Source of the DNA: a virus
Lineage: Duplodnaviria; Caudoviricetes
Virus record (IMG/VR): IMGVR_UViG_3300032307_000764
Span: 1 to 64,000 of that record
DNA: 64,000 nucleotides
Direction: 5' to 3' (one strand)
Part shown: positions 44,408 through 53,223 of the stretch, piece by piece
Layout: every line of letters starts with the position of its first letter
Numbering within the stretch: the stretch's first letter is position 1
Translations under genes and position numbers: made by a program
Notes under the pieces: model-generated
What the model was told of the DNA's origin: nothing
Database searches by the model: none
The model's input: only the letters and a program-made list of their open reading frames with translations

Positions 44408-45109
44408 ATGAAATTTAAAACCATACATAGTTTAGGTAGTAGATGTCAGAATTCTGATGTTTTAAAGTATTATAATTATAGGGAATTCTCTGGATTTTTT
44501 GATTTTATGAACACCCTGAAGGTAAGTAATCTTATTCATATACTAAATGATGATTTTTGTGAAATTCTAAAACCCGAAAATAATATTAGCATTTGTTGTG
44601 AACAGATGACTACTGACCCAGAGACTGGAGAAAAATTAGAAACTTCAATTAGAACCACTAATAAATTTTATGACCCAGATATTGAGGATGTCCATGGAGC
44701 TATATTTCCACACCACGACCTAAATAATAAGAAGGATTATAATCATTTTTTAAAGTGTAAGAAGAGATTTAAAAAACTAAGTAAATATCCTACACTTTTT
44801 AATTACACTTTTAATAAATGGGAAAATTACATAACTATAGATGACTGCGAAGAGATAGTTAGATCCTTAAAAGAAGTCCACGGAATGAAAAAATTCAGGA
44901 TTTGCTTTATAGGAATCAATTACGGTGAAAGATTCTATAAAAAAAATGTATCGGGAGAATACTATGATATATGGTCTTTAAATATAGATCCAGAGAGCTT
45001 TACTGGGGGTTTATTTATTGATGATATAGATAATGAAAATTATATAAGTATCATCAAAAGCTATGACATAGATGAGAATAGGGTATCTTTAAAACAAATT
45101 GACAAATAA
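44408..45109 (+). CDS. DUF1796-like (putative papain-like) protein
   Basis: HSLGSRC...R.FSGFFDF...FPHH. Confidence 0.5.
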   Translation: MKFKTIHSLGSRCQNSDVLKYYNYREFSGFFDFMNTLKVSNLIHILNDDFCEILKPENNISICCEQMTTDPETGEKLETSIRTTNKFYDPDIEDVHGAIFPHHDLNNKKDYNHFLKCKKRFKKLSKYPTLFNYTFNKWENYITIDDCEEIVRSLKEVHGMKKFRICFIGINYGERFYKKNVSGEYYDIWSLNIDPESFTGGLFIDDIDNENYISIIKSYDIDENRVSLKQIDK

Positions 45110-45118
45110 AGAATAATT

Positions 45119-45727
45119 ATGAGCTTTGAAATAGTTGATAAATTCGAAAAAGAGGTAGCCAAATTTTTTGGAGCGCCTTATAGTGTTGCAGTAGACAGCT
45201 GTACACATGGTATAGAACTATGCCTAAGATATACAGGAGAGAAAAAAATAAACGTACCAAACCGAACATATCTGTCCGTTCCGTTTTTAGCAGAAAAAAT
45301 GGGACTTGAAAGGGAATGGAGAGATGAAGAATGGGAAGATTATTATACTTTAAATTATGGTGATAAAAGAATAATAGACGCTGCTGTTTTATGGAGAAGA
45401 GATTCTTATATTCCTAATACATTTATGTGTTTAAGCTTCCAATACCAGAAACATTTAAGTATCGGAAGGGGTGGAATGATCCTATGTGATAACAAGGAAG
45501 ATTACGAAACTCTTAAAAAAATGAGCTATGATGGTAGGATTCCTAATATACCTTGGAGAGATCAGGATATTGATACGATAGGTTACCACTATTATATGAC
45601 TCCAGAGTCGGCTGAAATTGGCCTATCTAAATTACAAAAAGCAATAGAAACGGAGCCAAGAAAATGGATCTATACAGATTGGCCGGATTTGACTGAAATG
45701 AAATTTTTCAAAAAATCCAAGATATAA
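45119..45727 (+). CDS. Short DegT/DnrJ/EryC1/StrS-type PLP sugar aminotransferase
   Basis: FEKEVAKFFG..Y.VAVDSCT, IIDAA, SFQYQK (PLP Lys), GRGGMIL, GY.YYM; only 202 aa. Confidence 0.75.
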   Translation: MSFEIVDKFEKEVAKFFGAPYSVAVDSCTHGIELCLRYTGEKKINVPNRTYLSVPFLAEKMGLEREWRDEEWEDYYTLNYGDKRIIDAAVLWRRDSYIPNTFMCLSFQYQKHLSIGRGGMILCDNKEDYETLKKMSYDGRIPNIPWRDQDIDTIGYHYYMTPESAEIGLSKLQKAIETEPRKWIYTDWPDLTEMKFFKKSKI

Positions 45728-45728
45728 A
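45700..45728 (+). promoter_or_regulatory. Class A motif variant GAAA-N19-TATAAA
   Basis: Upstream of gmd. Confidence 0.45.
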
Positions 45729-45773
45729 ATAAAAATAGTGCTGTATAGCGATATTTTTTAAATAAGAAAATTA

Positions 45774-46769
45774 ATGAGAAAAAAAGCTTTTATTACTGGT
45801 ATTAACGGACAGGATGGTAGTTATTTGTCCGAATATCTTTTATCGTTAGACTATGAAGTACATGGAATGATTAGAAGAAATTCTACCTCTGAAAACCAAT
45901 CTGCTAGATTAGATTCAGTTTTAGAAGATCCTAATCTTTTTACGCATTACGGGGATCTTACAGATCAAACTTCTATAGAAAAGCTTTTAACTCAGATCAA
46001 ACCTGACGAAATCTATAACATAGGAGCTCAAAGCCATGTCAGAATTAGCTTCGATATACCTCAATATACTGTACAAACAAACTCTATAGGAGTTATTAAT
46101 ATGTTGGAAGCATATAAAAGAATAGTCCCTGATGCTAAATTTTACCAAGCTAGTTCATCTGAAATGTTTGGTTTATCTGTTGATGAGGATCATTTCCAGA
46201 GAGAATCAACCCCTATGAATCCGGTTTCACCTTATGGATGTAGTAAGGTGTTCGGCTACAATATAGTTAGGCACTATAGAAGAGCATACGGATTACACGC
46301 ATGTAACGGTATTCTTTTCAACCACGAATCTCCTAGAAGAGGATCTAACTTCGTAACCAATAAAGTCGTAAAAGGCGCTTGTGAAATTAAATTAGGATTA
46401 TCCAATAAGTTGGAAATGGGTAACATGGATTCTTATAGAGACTGGGGTCATTCTAAAGATTATGTAAAGGCTATGCACCAGATAATCAATCACACAGTTG
46501 CTGACGATTTTGTTGTATCTACAATGGAAACCCATAGTGTTAGAGATATGTGTGATGTGGTATTTACTTATCTAGGATTGGATTACAAAGATTATATTGT
46601 ACAGAATCCTAAATTCTTAAGACCTGAAGAACTTCCTTATTTAAAGGGTGACTCTACTAAAATTCGTAAAGAATTAGGATGGGAACCGACTTATAATTTT
46701 ACTGAGATGCTTCATGAAATGTGTGATCATTGGATGGACGTTTTACAAGGGAAAAAATCAAATCGTTAA
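45774..46769 (+). CDS. gmd: GDP-mannose 4,6-dehydratase
   Basis: AFITGINGQDGSYL, AQSHV, FYQASSSEMFG, SPYGCSK, GILFNHESPRRG, RDWGH. Confidence 0.95.
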   Translation: MRKKAFITGINGQDGSYLSEYLLSLDYEVHGMIRRNSTSENQSARLDSVLEDPNLFTHYGDLTDQTSIEKLLTQIKPDEIYNIGAQSHVRISFDIPQYTVQTNSIGVINMLEAYKRIVPDAKFYQASSSEMFGLSVDEDHFQRESTPMNPVSPYGCSKVFGYNIVRHYRRAYGLHACNGILFNHESPRRGSNFVTNKVVKGACEIKLGLSNKLEMGNMDSYRDWGHSKDYVKAMHQIINHTVADDFVVSTMETHSVRDMCDVVFTYLGLDYKDYIVQNPKFLRPEELPYLKGDSTKIRKELGWEPTYNFTEMLHEMCDHWMDVLQGKKSNR

Positions 46770-46788
46770 ACCTTTTAAAAAAGTATGA

Positions 46789-47370
46789 ATGGATTATAAA
46801 TCGCTCATCGAAAAAGAGATAGAATATTTAAGAAAAATCCCTACAGAAAGAATATCTGATATCGTTACTCAGATAGATTATTATTTAAAACCAGGATGTA
46901 GAATAATAACATCAGGGATGGGAAAAGCAGGACAGATTGCCCACACTTTTTCTACTACTCTATCATCTACAGGAACTCCCTCTTTTTTTCTTCATCCAGC
47001 CGAAGCACAACACGGAGATCTTGGTATAGTAATGCCTGGTGATATTATAGTGGTTTTTAGTAATTCTGGAAAGACTAAAGAGGTAATGGAGCTGATTGAT
47101 CTGGTTCATAATTTAGGCTATGATAACTTAATAATGGGTATATTTGGACAATCTAATAACTATGTCAATTTAAAATGTTCAGACTATATAGAATTTGGTA
47201 AGGTGGAAGAAATATGTCCAATGGGATTAACACCAACAACGTCAACAACATGTATGTCGGTTATATCCGATTTATTAGTTGTAGGCCTAATGGAAAAAAG
47301 GGGTTATAACAAGAAAAAATATTCAAAAGTTCATCATGGAGGATATCTCGGAGAAGAATCTAAGAAATAA
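46789..47370 (+). CDS. kdsD: Arabinose-5-phosphate isomerase (KdsD/KpsF/GutQ SIS domain, no CBS domains)
   Basis: SGMGKAG, HPAEAQHGDLG, SNSGKT, PTTSTT, HHGG. Confidence 0.85.
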   Translation: MDYKSLIEKEIEYLRKIPTERISDIVTQIDYYLKPGCRIITSGMGKAGQIAHTFSTTLSSTGTPSFFLHPAEAQHGDLGIVMPGDIIVVFSNSGKTKEVMELIDLVHNLGYDNLIMGIFGQSNNYVNLKCSDYIEFGKVEEICPMGLTPTTSTTCMSVISDLLVVGLMEKRGYNKKKYSKVHHGGYLGEESKK

Positions 47371-48139
47371 AATATTAATAGCTGGACCCTGTGTCATACA
47401 ATCTTGGGATACGTGCTATGAAATTGCTATAGAAGTTAAGAGATGTGCAGATCTTTATGATTTCTATCCGGTATTTAAAGCTAGTTTCGATAAGGCAAAT
47501 AGAACGTCGTATGACGGCTTTAGAGGTATAGGTATAGATAAAGGATTAGAAATACTTAAAAATGTAAAAGAAAGGCTTCAAATCGATATAATTACTGATG
47601 TACATGACGTTTCGCAAGTTGAGAAAGTAGCTTCAGTAGTCGATATTTTACAGGTACCAGCTTTTCTTTGTAGACAAACTGATCTTATAGAAGCTTGTGC
47701 TAGAACAGGAAACCCCACTTTGGTTAAGAAGGGACAATTTCTTTCACCAGAAGCATGTAAATTCATAGAGCATAAATTCTACAAAGCTGGAGGATCTAAT
47801 TTAATGATAGGAGAAAGGGGAAATAGCTTCGGATATAATGATCTAATAGTTGATGTAACTTCAATAAGTAGACTAAAAAAATCGTGTGTAGAATCTAAAA
47901 TAATAATGGATTGCACTCATAGTTTACAAAGGCCCAACGGATCAAGCGGTAAGACTGAAGGAAGGGGAGATATGGTAGAGGATATGGTTAAATTCGCTGC
48001 AGCTATGGGAGCGGATGGATTATTTATTGAAACCCATCCTTATCCTGAATTATCACCATCAGATTCGGAGAATATGTTACAATTAGGATTATTTGAGGGA
48101 GTAATAAGAAAAGCAAGAAAAATATATGATACAGAATAA
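47336..48139 (+). CDS. kdsA: KDO-8-phosphate synthase
   Basis: IAGPCVI, KASFDKANRTS, PAFLCRQTDL, KKGQFL, ERGNSFGY, DCTHSLQ, FIETHP. Confidence 0.93.
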   Translation: MEDISEKNLRNKILIAGPCVIQSWDTCYEIAIEVKRCADLYDFYPVFKASFDKANRTSYDGFRGIGIDKGLEILKNVKERLQIDIITDVHDVSQVEKVASVVDILQVPAFLCRQTDLIEACARTGNPTLVKKGQFLSPEACKFIEHKFYKAGGSNLMIGERGNSFGYNDLIVDVTSISRLKKSCVESKIIMDCTHSLQRPNGSSGKTEGRGDMVEDMVKFAAAMGADGLFIETHPYPELSPSDSENMLQLGLFEGVIRKARKIYDTE

Positions 48140-48845
48140 ATTACTTGATATTGTAATAATAAGTTATGCTAAGGATGACTATTGTAGATCCCTTACTAAA
48201 AATTGTATATTCTCTATATTACTATCTGAAGAAAATGCAGTTGATAATTTCAATATTATAGTAGTTGAATCTGAGCCAGGAGTTAAATGGGAATACATTG
48301 CTGAAAATGTAAAAACATACGAAGCTCCGCTACCTTATGGATATCACAAATTTTTAAATTTCGGAAGAAAAAAAGGAGATTCACCATGGGTTGCTCTATG
48401 TAACAATGACCTAGAATTCACCAATGGGTGGTTTAGTTCTATGCTTAAAGCTTCATCTGAAAATCCAGATACCTTATCATTTTCTCCAATATGTCCTAGG
48501 ACACAGACAATGTATGGGATATACGAGAACAGTGGGTACCACAAGGGATACAATATAAGAAAGGAAATTTCTGGATGGTGTATAGTCCAGAAGAGAGAGA
48601 TTTATAAAAAAATAGGAGATCTTGATGAAAGATTCCATCATTGGTTTTGTGATAATGATTATGCTATGGAACTTCAGTATCATGGACTTTCACATATACT
48701 TGTAACAGATTCTGTTGTTATACACCACGATAAAAACATAGGGAAAACAACTGAAAGAGTAGTTACTGATCCTAATCAAATGCACGAGATGACTATGGGA
48801 TCACAGCCAATATTTATTGAAAAATGGAAAAATAGAATAAGATGA
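48126..48845 (+). CDS. Glycosyltransferase family 2
   Basis: N.IVVES...FLNFG...CNNDL...DERF..WFCDND. Confidence 0.78.
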   Translation: MIQNKLLDIVIISYAKDDYCRSLTKNCIFSILLSEENAVDNFNIIVVESEPGVKWEYIAENVKTYEAPLPYGYHKFLNFGRKKGDSPWVALCNNDLEFTNGWFSSMLKASSENPDTLSFSPICPRTQTMYGIYENSGYHKGYNIRKEISGWCIVQKREIYKKIGDLDERFHHWFCDNDYAMELQYHGLSHILVTDSVVIHHDKNIGKTTERVVTDPNQMHEMTMGSQPIFIEKWKNRIR

Positions 48846-49468
48846 GAAGATACGAAATAATTAACAGAGTAATAGAGTCTAAAGGATACAGTGATTATCT
48901 TGAAATAGGAGTAAGAGATGGCGAATGCTTTAAACAGATATGTTGCAAAAATAAAACGGGAGTAGATCCTAATCCAGTTAGTTCTGATACTACTCACGTA
49001 ATGACATCTGATGATTTCTTTAACTCTATTAGCGAGGATGTTAAATTCGATATAATTTTTATTGACGGATTACATTTGGATTTTCAAGTTGATGCTGATA
49101 TAGAGAATTCTTTAAAACATCTTAAAGAGGGTGGAACTATACTTCTTCACGACTGTAATCCCCCTACACCTTTTCATGCTGATACTAAGCCTAATTTTGG
49201 TCCTCCGGCCAACGGAGAATGGAATGGAACCGTTTATCTTTCGTTGATTAAGCTAAGACTTTACAATAATAATGTTAAACTAAGGACTGTCAATAGCGAC
49301 TGGGGTGTTGGTATATTAACCAAAGAGCTTAGTGAAAGTATAAACGTTTTTCCAAACGATGCAATTAGCTGGGATTTCTTTGATTCGAATAGGAATGAGG
49401 TACTTGATTTAATTACCCCTGAAGATTTCTTAGAATTATACCCGGTGGAAGTTTTAAATGCTAATTGA
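48842..49468 (+). CDS. Class I SAM-dependent methyltransferase (Methyltransf_24-like)
   Basis: YLEIGV, GVDP, FDIIFIDGLH, GG.ILLHD. Confidence 0.85.
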   Translation: MRRYEIINRVIESKGYSDYLEIGVRDGECFKQICCKNKTGVDPNPVSSDTTHVMTSDDFFNSISEDVKFDIIFIDGLHLDFQVDADIENSLKHLKEGGTILLHDCNPPTPFHADTKPNFGPPANGEWNGTVYLSLIKLRLYNNNVKLRTVNSDWGVGILTKELSESINVFPNDAISWDFFDSNRNEVLDLITPEDFLELYPVEVLNAN

Positions 49469-49501
49469 AATTATTCCATTTAAAAGACTATAAATTGTAC
49501 C

Positions 49502-49762
49502 ATGGATATTTCTTCAGGATTTAAGCTGGTTTTAAATAAAAGCAAAGGTAAGTCATCTGTAGAGATATCTAGGCATAAAGATCCAGTAATGGATAACATA
49601 TTGATTGTTAATAGCATAGGAAGTACAAGATACGAGGATACATGGATTATAGAAAAAGATTTACCTTCTTGGCTTTCTTCGTTAAAAAATGAGGGATTTA
49701 CTGAAATAAAAATTACAGAAGATGTGGAATCTCCTAAAAAAAATAATAAGAAAAAAAAGTAA
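49502..49762 (+). CDS. Hypothetical protein (86 aa)
   Basis: ORF track; near-consensus GAAA-N18-TATAAA upstream. Confidence 0.55.
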   Translation: MDISSGFKLVLNKSKGKSSVEISRHKDPVMDNILIVNSIGSTRYEDTWIIEKDLPSWLSSLKNEGFTEIKITEDVESPKKNNKKKK

Positions 49763-50360
49763 GATGGAAAACGTAGAAGAAATCGACATTGAGTTACTCG
49801 ATAAGGAATTATCACCGTTCCTATATAAATGGACTAAGGGAGATAACGACGGTCAAGTCTGCGAGTATGAGAATTTATTTAGAGATGCCACTAGTGGGAT
49901 CGTGTGGATAAATTTTAAAGACGGGTCAAGAATAAATTATGATCTAATGAATGATTATATGATGCAAGTAGACCCTTCTTCTATAGTTAACCAGGATCAG
50001 TTAAGCTTACCTTCTGATAATACATTACAATCTTCTCCTATCAGAAATGTGATGGTTTCCGATAATCAGCCAAAAAATAAGATAGTCGATAATCCTATAG
50101 TTTCACTTTTACAAAAACAGAAGCCAAATTGGGTTGAAGTGAGTATAAATTTAAAATTGAACCTTCCGACAAAAAATCTTTATAATGTTTTATCCTCTTC
50201 TTTTGATGACGCCGAAGACGAAATAATTGAATTTGTAGTTAGAGATCTAGACATAGAAGTAATTAAGGATAGTTTGAGGATAAATATAAAAGATATATAT
50301 AAAGGAAATGGAGCTCAACGAAAAAGCGGAACAAGCAGTAATACAAAAGACCAAGAATAG
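49722..50360 (+). CDS. Hypothetical protein (true start probably MENVEE, about 49764)
   Basis: ORF track; the later ATG avoids overlap with the upstream gene. Confidence 0.6.
   Translation: MWNLLKKIIRKKSKMENVEEIDIELLDKELSPFLYKWTKGDNDGQVCEYENLFRDATSGIVWINFKDGSRINYDLMNDYMMQVDPSSIVNQDQLSLPSDNTLQSSPIRNVMVSDNQPKNKIVDNPIVSLLQKQKPNWVEVSINLKLNLPTKNLYNVLSSSFDDAEDEIIEFVVRDLDIEVIKDSLRINIKDIYKGNGAQRKSGTSSNTKDQE
50292..50299 (+). promoter_or_regulatory. Class B motif GATATATA
   Basis: 8 nt before the NUDIX ATG at 50308. Confidence 0.45.
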
Positions 50361-50871
50361 AGAGGTAATTGAAATTGATGGACATTTGTTTGTTCGTCAG
50401 ATCAATCCGGGCGTTATTATAATGCCATATACTCTAGACGATAACGGTTATCCGATTAAGATAGGTGTTATCTCTGAGGTATTAGACCAAAGACCAGGAG
50501 GTATGGCTAAGACACTAATTACTGGATCTCAGGAAGACTCAGATGCTAACATATTCCAAACTGCAGTTAGAGAACTAAAAGAAGAATCTGGATTTGATAT
50601 TAGTGATTTAAAGAGATGGAAATTTTTAGGAAGTTTATATACATCAAAATTAGTAATAAACTCTAATCCTTGTTTCTCTGTAAATATTACATCATTAGTA
50701 GCAGATGAGAAAGAAACAGACGGTTCTCAGGATGAAGAGGATTCGAAATTTGAATTAATAAGCGTTGACGAAGCTTTGGATCTTGAGGATTCTTTAGTTA
50801 GTACGTTATTTATTAAGACGTTTAAAGATTTGTTTAACAAAAACCAAGAAGAAAATGAACCTTCCGAATAG
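50308..50871 (+). CDS. NUDIX hydrolase
   Basis: GSQEDSDANIFQTAVRELKEESGF Nudix box. Confidence 0.8.
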   Translation: MELNEKAEQAVIQKTKNREVIEIDGHLFVRQINPGVIIMPYTLDDNGYPIKIGVISEVLDQRPGGMAKTLITGSQEDSDANIFQTAVRELKEESGFDISDLKRWKFLGSLYTSKLVINSNPCFSVNITSLVADEKETDGSQDEEDSKFELISVDEALDLEDSLVSTLFIKTFKDLFNKNQEENEPSE

Positions 50872-51028
50872 AAAAGAAAGAAGAAAGATTGCCAAGCAAA
50901 TGGGAGTATTTGGGAAAAATAAAGCTCTGAATACAGAAGAGGCTAAAGATAGATCTAAGGCCATGGGAAATCTAATAAGACTCAGAAATCTAACTGAGCA
51001 AAGAAACAAAAATAAAGACCAAAAATAA
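50855..51028 (+). CDS. Small basic protein (57 aa), absent from the ORF track
   Basis: Manual translation MNLPNRKERRKIAKQMG...EQRNKNKDQK*; fills the gap between the NUDIX gene and 51033. Confidence 0.55.
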   Translation: MNLPNRKERRKIAKQMGVFGKNKALNTEEAKDRSKAMGNLIRLRNLTEQRNKNKDQK

Positions 51029-51032
51029 TTTA

Positions 51033-51353
51033 GTGTATTTTCAATCTTTCATAGTTTCTAAGGTAGACAAGATTAAAAATATCAGTCTGGAGCAGTATGA
51101 CTTTTGTCATATAGATGTTAATTCGTGGTTCAAGAGTAACAATTTGACTCCAGATAGCATGAACGAAATACGTCAATACATATTTGAAGAGTGGCTTCAT
51201 AAAAAAATGATGAGCTCTAAAAATAAAATTTCCGCGGGATGTAAATTAGTTATAGTTTACGACAGTCCTACCGATCCTTTTATTGATCTTCTAAAATTAA
51301 AAATATCAGAAATTTTCGAACATGAATTTTGTGATATTGTTTTAGCTGACTAA
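51033..51353 (+). CDS. Hypothetical protein (GTG start)
   Basis: ORF track; operon-like packing. Confidence 0.5.
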   Translation: MYFQSFIVSKVDKIKNISLEQYDFCHIDVNSWFKSNNLTPDSMNEIRQYIFEEWLHKKMMSSKNKISAGCKLVIVYDSPTDPFIDLLKLKISEIFEHEFCDIVLAD

Positions 51354-51375
51354 TAAAAGTAGAGGTATATAACGT

Positions 51376-53217
51376 ATGGGAACAAATGACGGAAATAATA
51401 ATTCTAGCAACGCTTCTTCTGGGGGTACTACAGTAACAGATATACAAAGATTTGCTACTAACATCTACTCTTTTCCTAGTGATAAGACATTTGCTACCTA
51501 TGAGGTAGGAGATTTACAATCATTACCTAAGAGCCTTTTTTATGATGCAGCAACTTCAGATGGTGTATACAGGGGTTTATTTGCATATTATGTTTTAGGC
51601 AAAGGAGCTAATGGATCTACTGTTAAATATCATAAATCTGAAACTACAGAAGAGATTTCTAAGATAACATCAATAGAGTCTAGAAATCCAACTGCAAAAA
51701 TGATAATAGACACTACGTCTAAAATTACTAATAAAGTTCCCGCATACCTAGATCCTGCAAGTCCCTACAGAGGACAGATATACAACGTAAAGGATTTTAT
51801 ATTTTGTAAATATTATGGTATAATTCCTAATAACAGGATGCTCACTCTAAGAAGATTTGCTAATCCTACATTGGATTCTCTTAGAGTTATTCCTAATTCA
51901 AAAGCCGGGGATTTCATAGTCGGTGCTGACAAAAAGGTTAGGTTTGATCAAGTAGACGTTCCAGATTTAGGTAGAATGCAGGATTTAAGCGCAAGAGAAA
52001 ATACTTCGCTTCCAGTAGCTCAGGCGGTTACCTATTTCGGAGGAGATACAGGAAATAACCTAGCATCTATATTAGGTATATCTACTGGATTAAATTTTAC
52101 ACCAGGTACTCAAGACCCAGTAAAAAACGAACAAACAGGAGACCCTGGATTGATGAACTCTCCATACGGAGATTTAATAAAATCTTATGTGCAAAGTGGT
52201 ACATCAGGATTAGATGTAGATGGGATTGATAAATTAGTTGGTACTTTATTATCTCCTGAAAAAAGTGAGAATAGATTAAAAAGAGCCTTACTAGACGAAG
52301 CAGTAAGTGCGGAAGGACCTTTATCTAAAAAGATATTTGTTAACGTTAATACTGTTAATCAAATGTATTACAGAGCTCAAGGATTTAGTGGAGGTCTGGA
52401 ATCTTTTACTATAAACTTTGATTACACACTTTCATCAGCTGGACAAGTTAATTCTAAGCTACTTTTCTTAGACTTAATGACTAACCTATTCTCGATAGGA
52501 ACTGACTACGGGCAATTCTTATCTCCAGAGCTTAGATTATCTCAAACTAATACAGGATTAGGATTCCCTGGAGGTCCAGCAGGATATGCTAAGTCTATCG
52601 TCGATCCTATACAATATTTAAGAGACACAGTTTCTAAAATGCTATCAAAATCTACTGTTGAAAGACAGCTTGCTTCAGAGAAAGCTGTATCTGAGGAGAT
52701 GAATCAAATGGTTACTGAAATTAGAAATTTCGCTAATGACCCTGATAATAAGCCATTAGGTAAAGATTCTAAACTATACAGATCCATATCAGTTATGCTT
52801 AGTGATGCCTTCTTAAGAAAGGTTTATTACCAGCCTATTATGTTGAGCGGATATCCTGTAGGTGAATGGCATTTAGTTGTGGGTAATCCATTAAATCCGA
52901 TAGCAATGATTGGAAATCTAATATGCACCAACGTTAAAATAAATTTTAATGATGAATTGGGGCCTGACGATTTTCCTACTGAGATTAAAGCTTCATTTAC
53001 ACTTGCACCCGGTAGACAAAGACACAGGGGTGATTGGGAATCAATGTTTAACCGTGGTAACGGAAGATTATACTTAGGACAATTAACATCCAGTGGAGAA
53101 TCTACACAAGCTTGGATTAATACGAGCGGTGTACAAGTTAATAGATTATCTTCCTTAGATCAAGTGGTAACTCAAGGAAGTAGCAACTTGACAGGAACAG
53201 AAATAAATAGAAGATAA
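51376..53217 (+). CDS. Putative baseplate/tail structural protein
   Basis: 613 aa at the start of the baseplate cluster; WHLVVGNPLNPIAMIGNL...DDFPTE motif; no catalytic motif seen. Confidence 0.45.
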   Translation: MGTNDGNNNSSNASSGGTTVTDIQRFATNIYSFPSDKTFATYEVGDLQSLPKSLFYDAATSDGVYRGLFAYYVLGKGANGSTVKYHKSETTEEISKITSIESRNPTAKMIIDTTSKITNKVPAYLDPASPYRGQIYNVKDFIFCKYYGIIPNNRMLTLRRFANPTLDSLRVIPNSKAGDFIVGADKKVRFDQVDVPDLGRMQDLSARENTSLPVAQAVTYFGGDTGNNLASILGISTGLNFTPGTQDPVKNEQTGDPGLMNSPYGDLIKSYVQSGTSGLDVDGIDKLVGTLLSPEKSENRLKRALLDEAVSAEGPLSKKIFVNVNTVNQMYYRAQGFSGGLESFTINFDYTLSSAGQVNSKLLFLDLMTNLFSIGTDYGQFLSPELRLSQTNTGLGFPGGPAGYAKSIVDPIQYLRDTVSKMLSKSTVERQLASEKAVSEEMNQMVTEIRNFANDPDNKPLGKDSKLYRSISVMLSDAFLRKVYYQPIMLSGYPVGEWHLVVGNPLNPIAMIGNLICTNVKINFNDELGPDDFPTEIKASFTLAPGRQRHRGDWESMFNRGNGRLYLGQLTSSGESTQAWINTSGVQVNRLSSLDQVVTQGSSNLTGTEINRR

Positions 53218-53223
53218 TTAATT

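Noticed and set aside
46789-47370. GmhA heptose isomerase supplying the TibC-like domain
   Set aside because: The motifs GMGKAG and HPAEAQHGDLG, and adjacency to kdsA, identify the KdsD/KpsF type
33884-49468. Bacterial LPS/capsule locus (host chromosome or contamination)
   Set aside because: It is flanked seamlessly by phage head and baseplate genes, has the same leader style and promoter motifs, and lacks flippase, polymerase and transport genes
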